DNA from: Bacillota bacterium
GTDB taxonomy: Bacteria; Bacillota; DTU065
DNA length: 64,000 nucleotides
Direction: 5' to 3'
Assembly: GCA_028708605.1 (NCBI GenBank)
Contig: JAQVYS010000002.1
Location: forward strand, 82-64,081
Each line of letters begins with the position of its first letter. Position 1 is the first letter of the stretch. The position numbers and the translations under genes are program-made. Positions 63,445 to 64,000 of this stretch are shown here, in pieces. Under the pieces are notes generated by a model, which did not search any database, was not told the origin of the DNA, and saw only the letters and a program-made list of their open reading frames with translations.

Positions 63445-64000
63445 CTAGAGATTTAAATCTAGAGATTTAATAAGACGTTCAATTCCGTAGGCCATCTCTT
63501 GTTTTGTAATGGTAAGAGGTGGTAGCAGCCTTATCACATTTAGTCCTGCAGTGCCAATAACAAGTCCGTTTGACAGAGCTTGATTTACAACCTTTGAAGC
63601 GGGAACAGTTGTTTCTATGCCTAGCATAAGACCTAACCCTCGAACTCCTTTGACTAAAGGGTGATTTCGAGGAATTTGACTCCTAAACTCTTCGCCTTTA
63701 GCAAGAACCTCGTCTAGAAAGCCTGGTTTTGTTATCTCTTTCACTACTGTTAATGCAGCACTTGTTGTTACAGGATTTCCTCCAAAAGTAGAGGCATGTT
63801 TTCCAGGTGTAAAGACTGAAACCGTTCCCTTTGCAATGATCGCACCTAATGGAAGTCCTCCGCCTAGTGCCTTTGCCATCGTAACTACATCAGGCTTTAT
63901 CCCAAAGTTTTCATAGGCAAAGAATTTGCCGGTTCTGCCAACTCCAGTTTGTACCTCATCGAAAATTAGCAAGATATCATACTTGTCGCAAAGCTCTCTT
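63445..64000 (-). CDS. argD: acetylornithine aminotransferase, C-terminal part (gene continues beyond the window end)
   Basis: Class III PLP aminotransferase C-terminal region (…IFDEVQTGVGRTGKFFAYE…TMAKALGGG…). The ORF is open to the window boundary. Confidence 0.8.
   Translation of the reverse strand, partial: RELCDKYDILLIFDEVQTGVGRTGKFFAYENFGIKPDVVTMAKALGGGLPLGAIIAKGTVSVFTPGKHASTFGGNPVTTSAALTVVKEITKPGFLDEVLAKGEEFRSQIPRNHPLVKGVRGLGLMLGIETTVPASKVVNQALSNGLVIGTAGLNVIRLLPPLTITKQEMAYGIERLIKSLDLNL

Overview
This is a gene-dense, mostly minus-strand core-genome segment of a low-GC (about 40%) endospore-forming Firmicutes, Clostridia-like in gene order. From low to high coordinates the main blocks are:
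- nadD-proA-proB-obg.
- A split ThrE-type exporter.
- rpmA-prp-rplU (L27 carries the Firmicutes N-terminal propeptide).
- RNase G/E.
- A radical-SAM (TIGR03960) plus DUF2344 pair.
- rodA-minE-minD-minC-mrdA-mreD-mreC-mreB-radC-maf.
- rnz on the plus strand.
- A SPOR-domain protein, folC and valS with a T-box leader.
- A GT4 glycosyltransferase / small Thr-Ser-rich protein / YheC-D ATP-grasp operon.
- spoVT, a GHL10 (DUF187) hydrolase, lonA-lonB-clpX-tig, tRNA-Leu(UAG), DUF72, a second spoVT paralog and a PrsA-like PPIase.
- A 1.1-kb ORF-free gap.
- A secreted DUF1080-GDPD fusion.
- A branched-chain operon ilvB-ilvN-ilvC-leuA-leuC-leuD-leuB-cimA behind a T-box, then ilvD.
- An AI-2E transporter interrupted by an in-frame TGA.
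- Two Coat-F spore-coat genes.
- argH-argG-argF-carB-argD, truncated at the window end.

I found no mobile elements, CRISPR arrays, prophage genes or recognisable defence islands; this is ordinary chromosome, not an accessory region. The most unusual items are:
- The GT4 / small-protein / ATP-grasp operon, a candidate protein-modification module.
- The DUF1080-GDPD fusion and the long non-coding gap upstream of it.
- The in-frame stop in the AI-2E transporter.
- A proB start that needs a frameshift or a non-canonical initiation codon.
- An arg cluster with carB but no carA.
- A leu operon carrying both leuA and cimA.

The track labels an ORF's first residue M even when the start codon is GTG or TTG. 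Several listed N-termini are read-through of upstream leaders and I have trimmed them where the sequence supports it.
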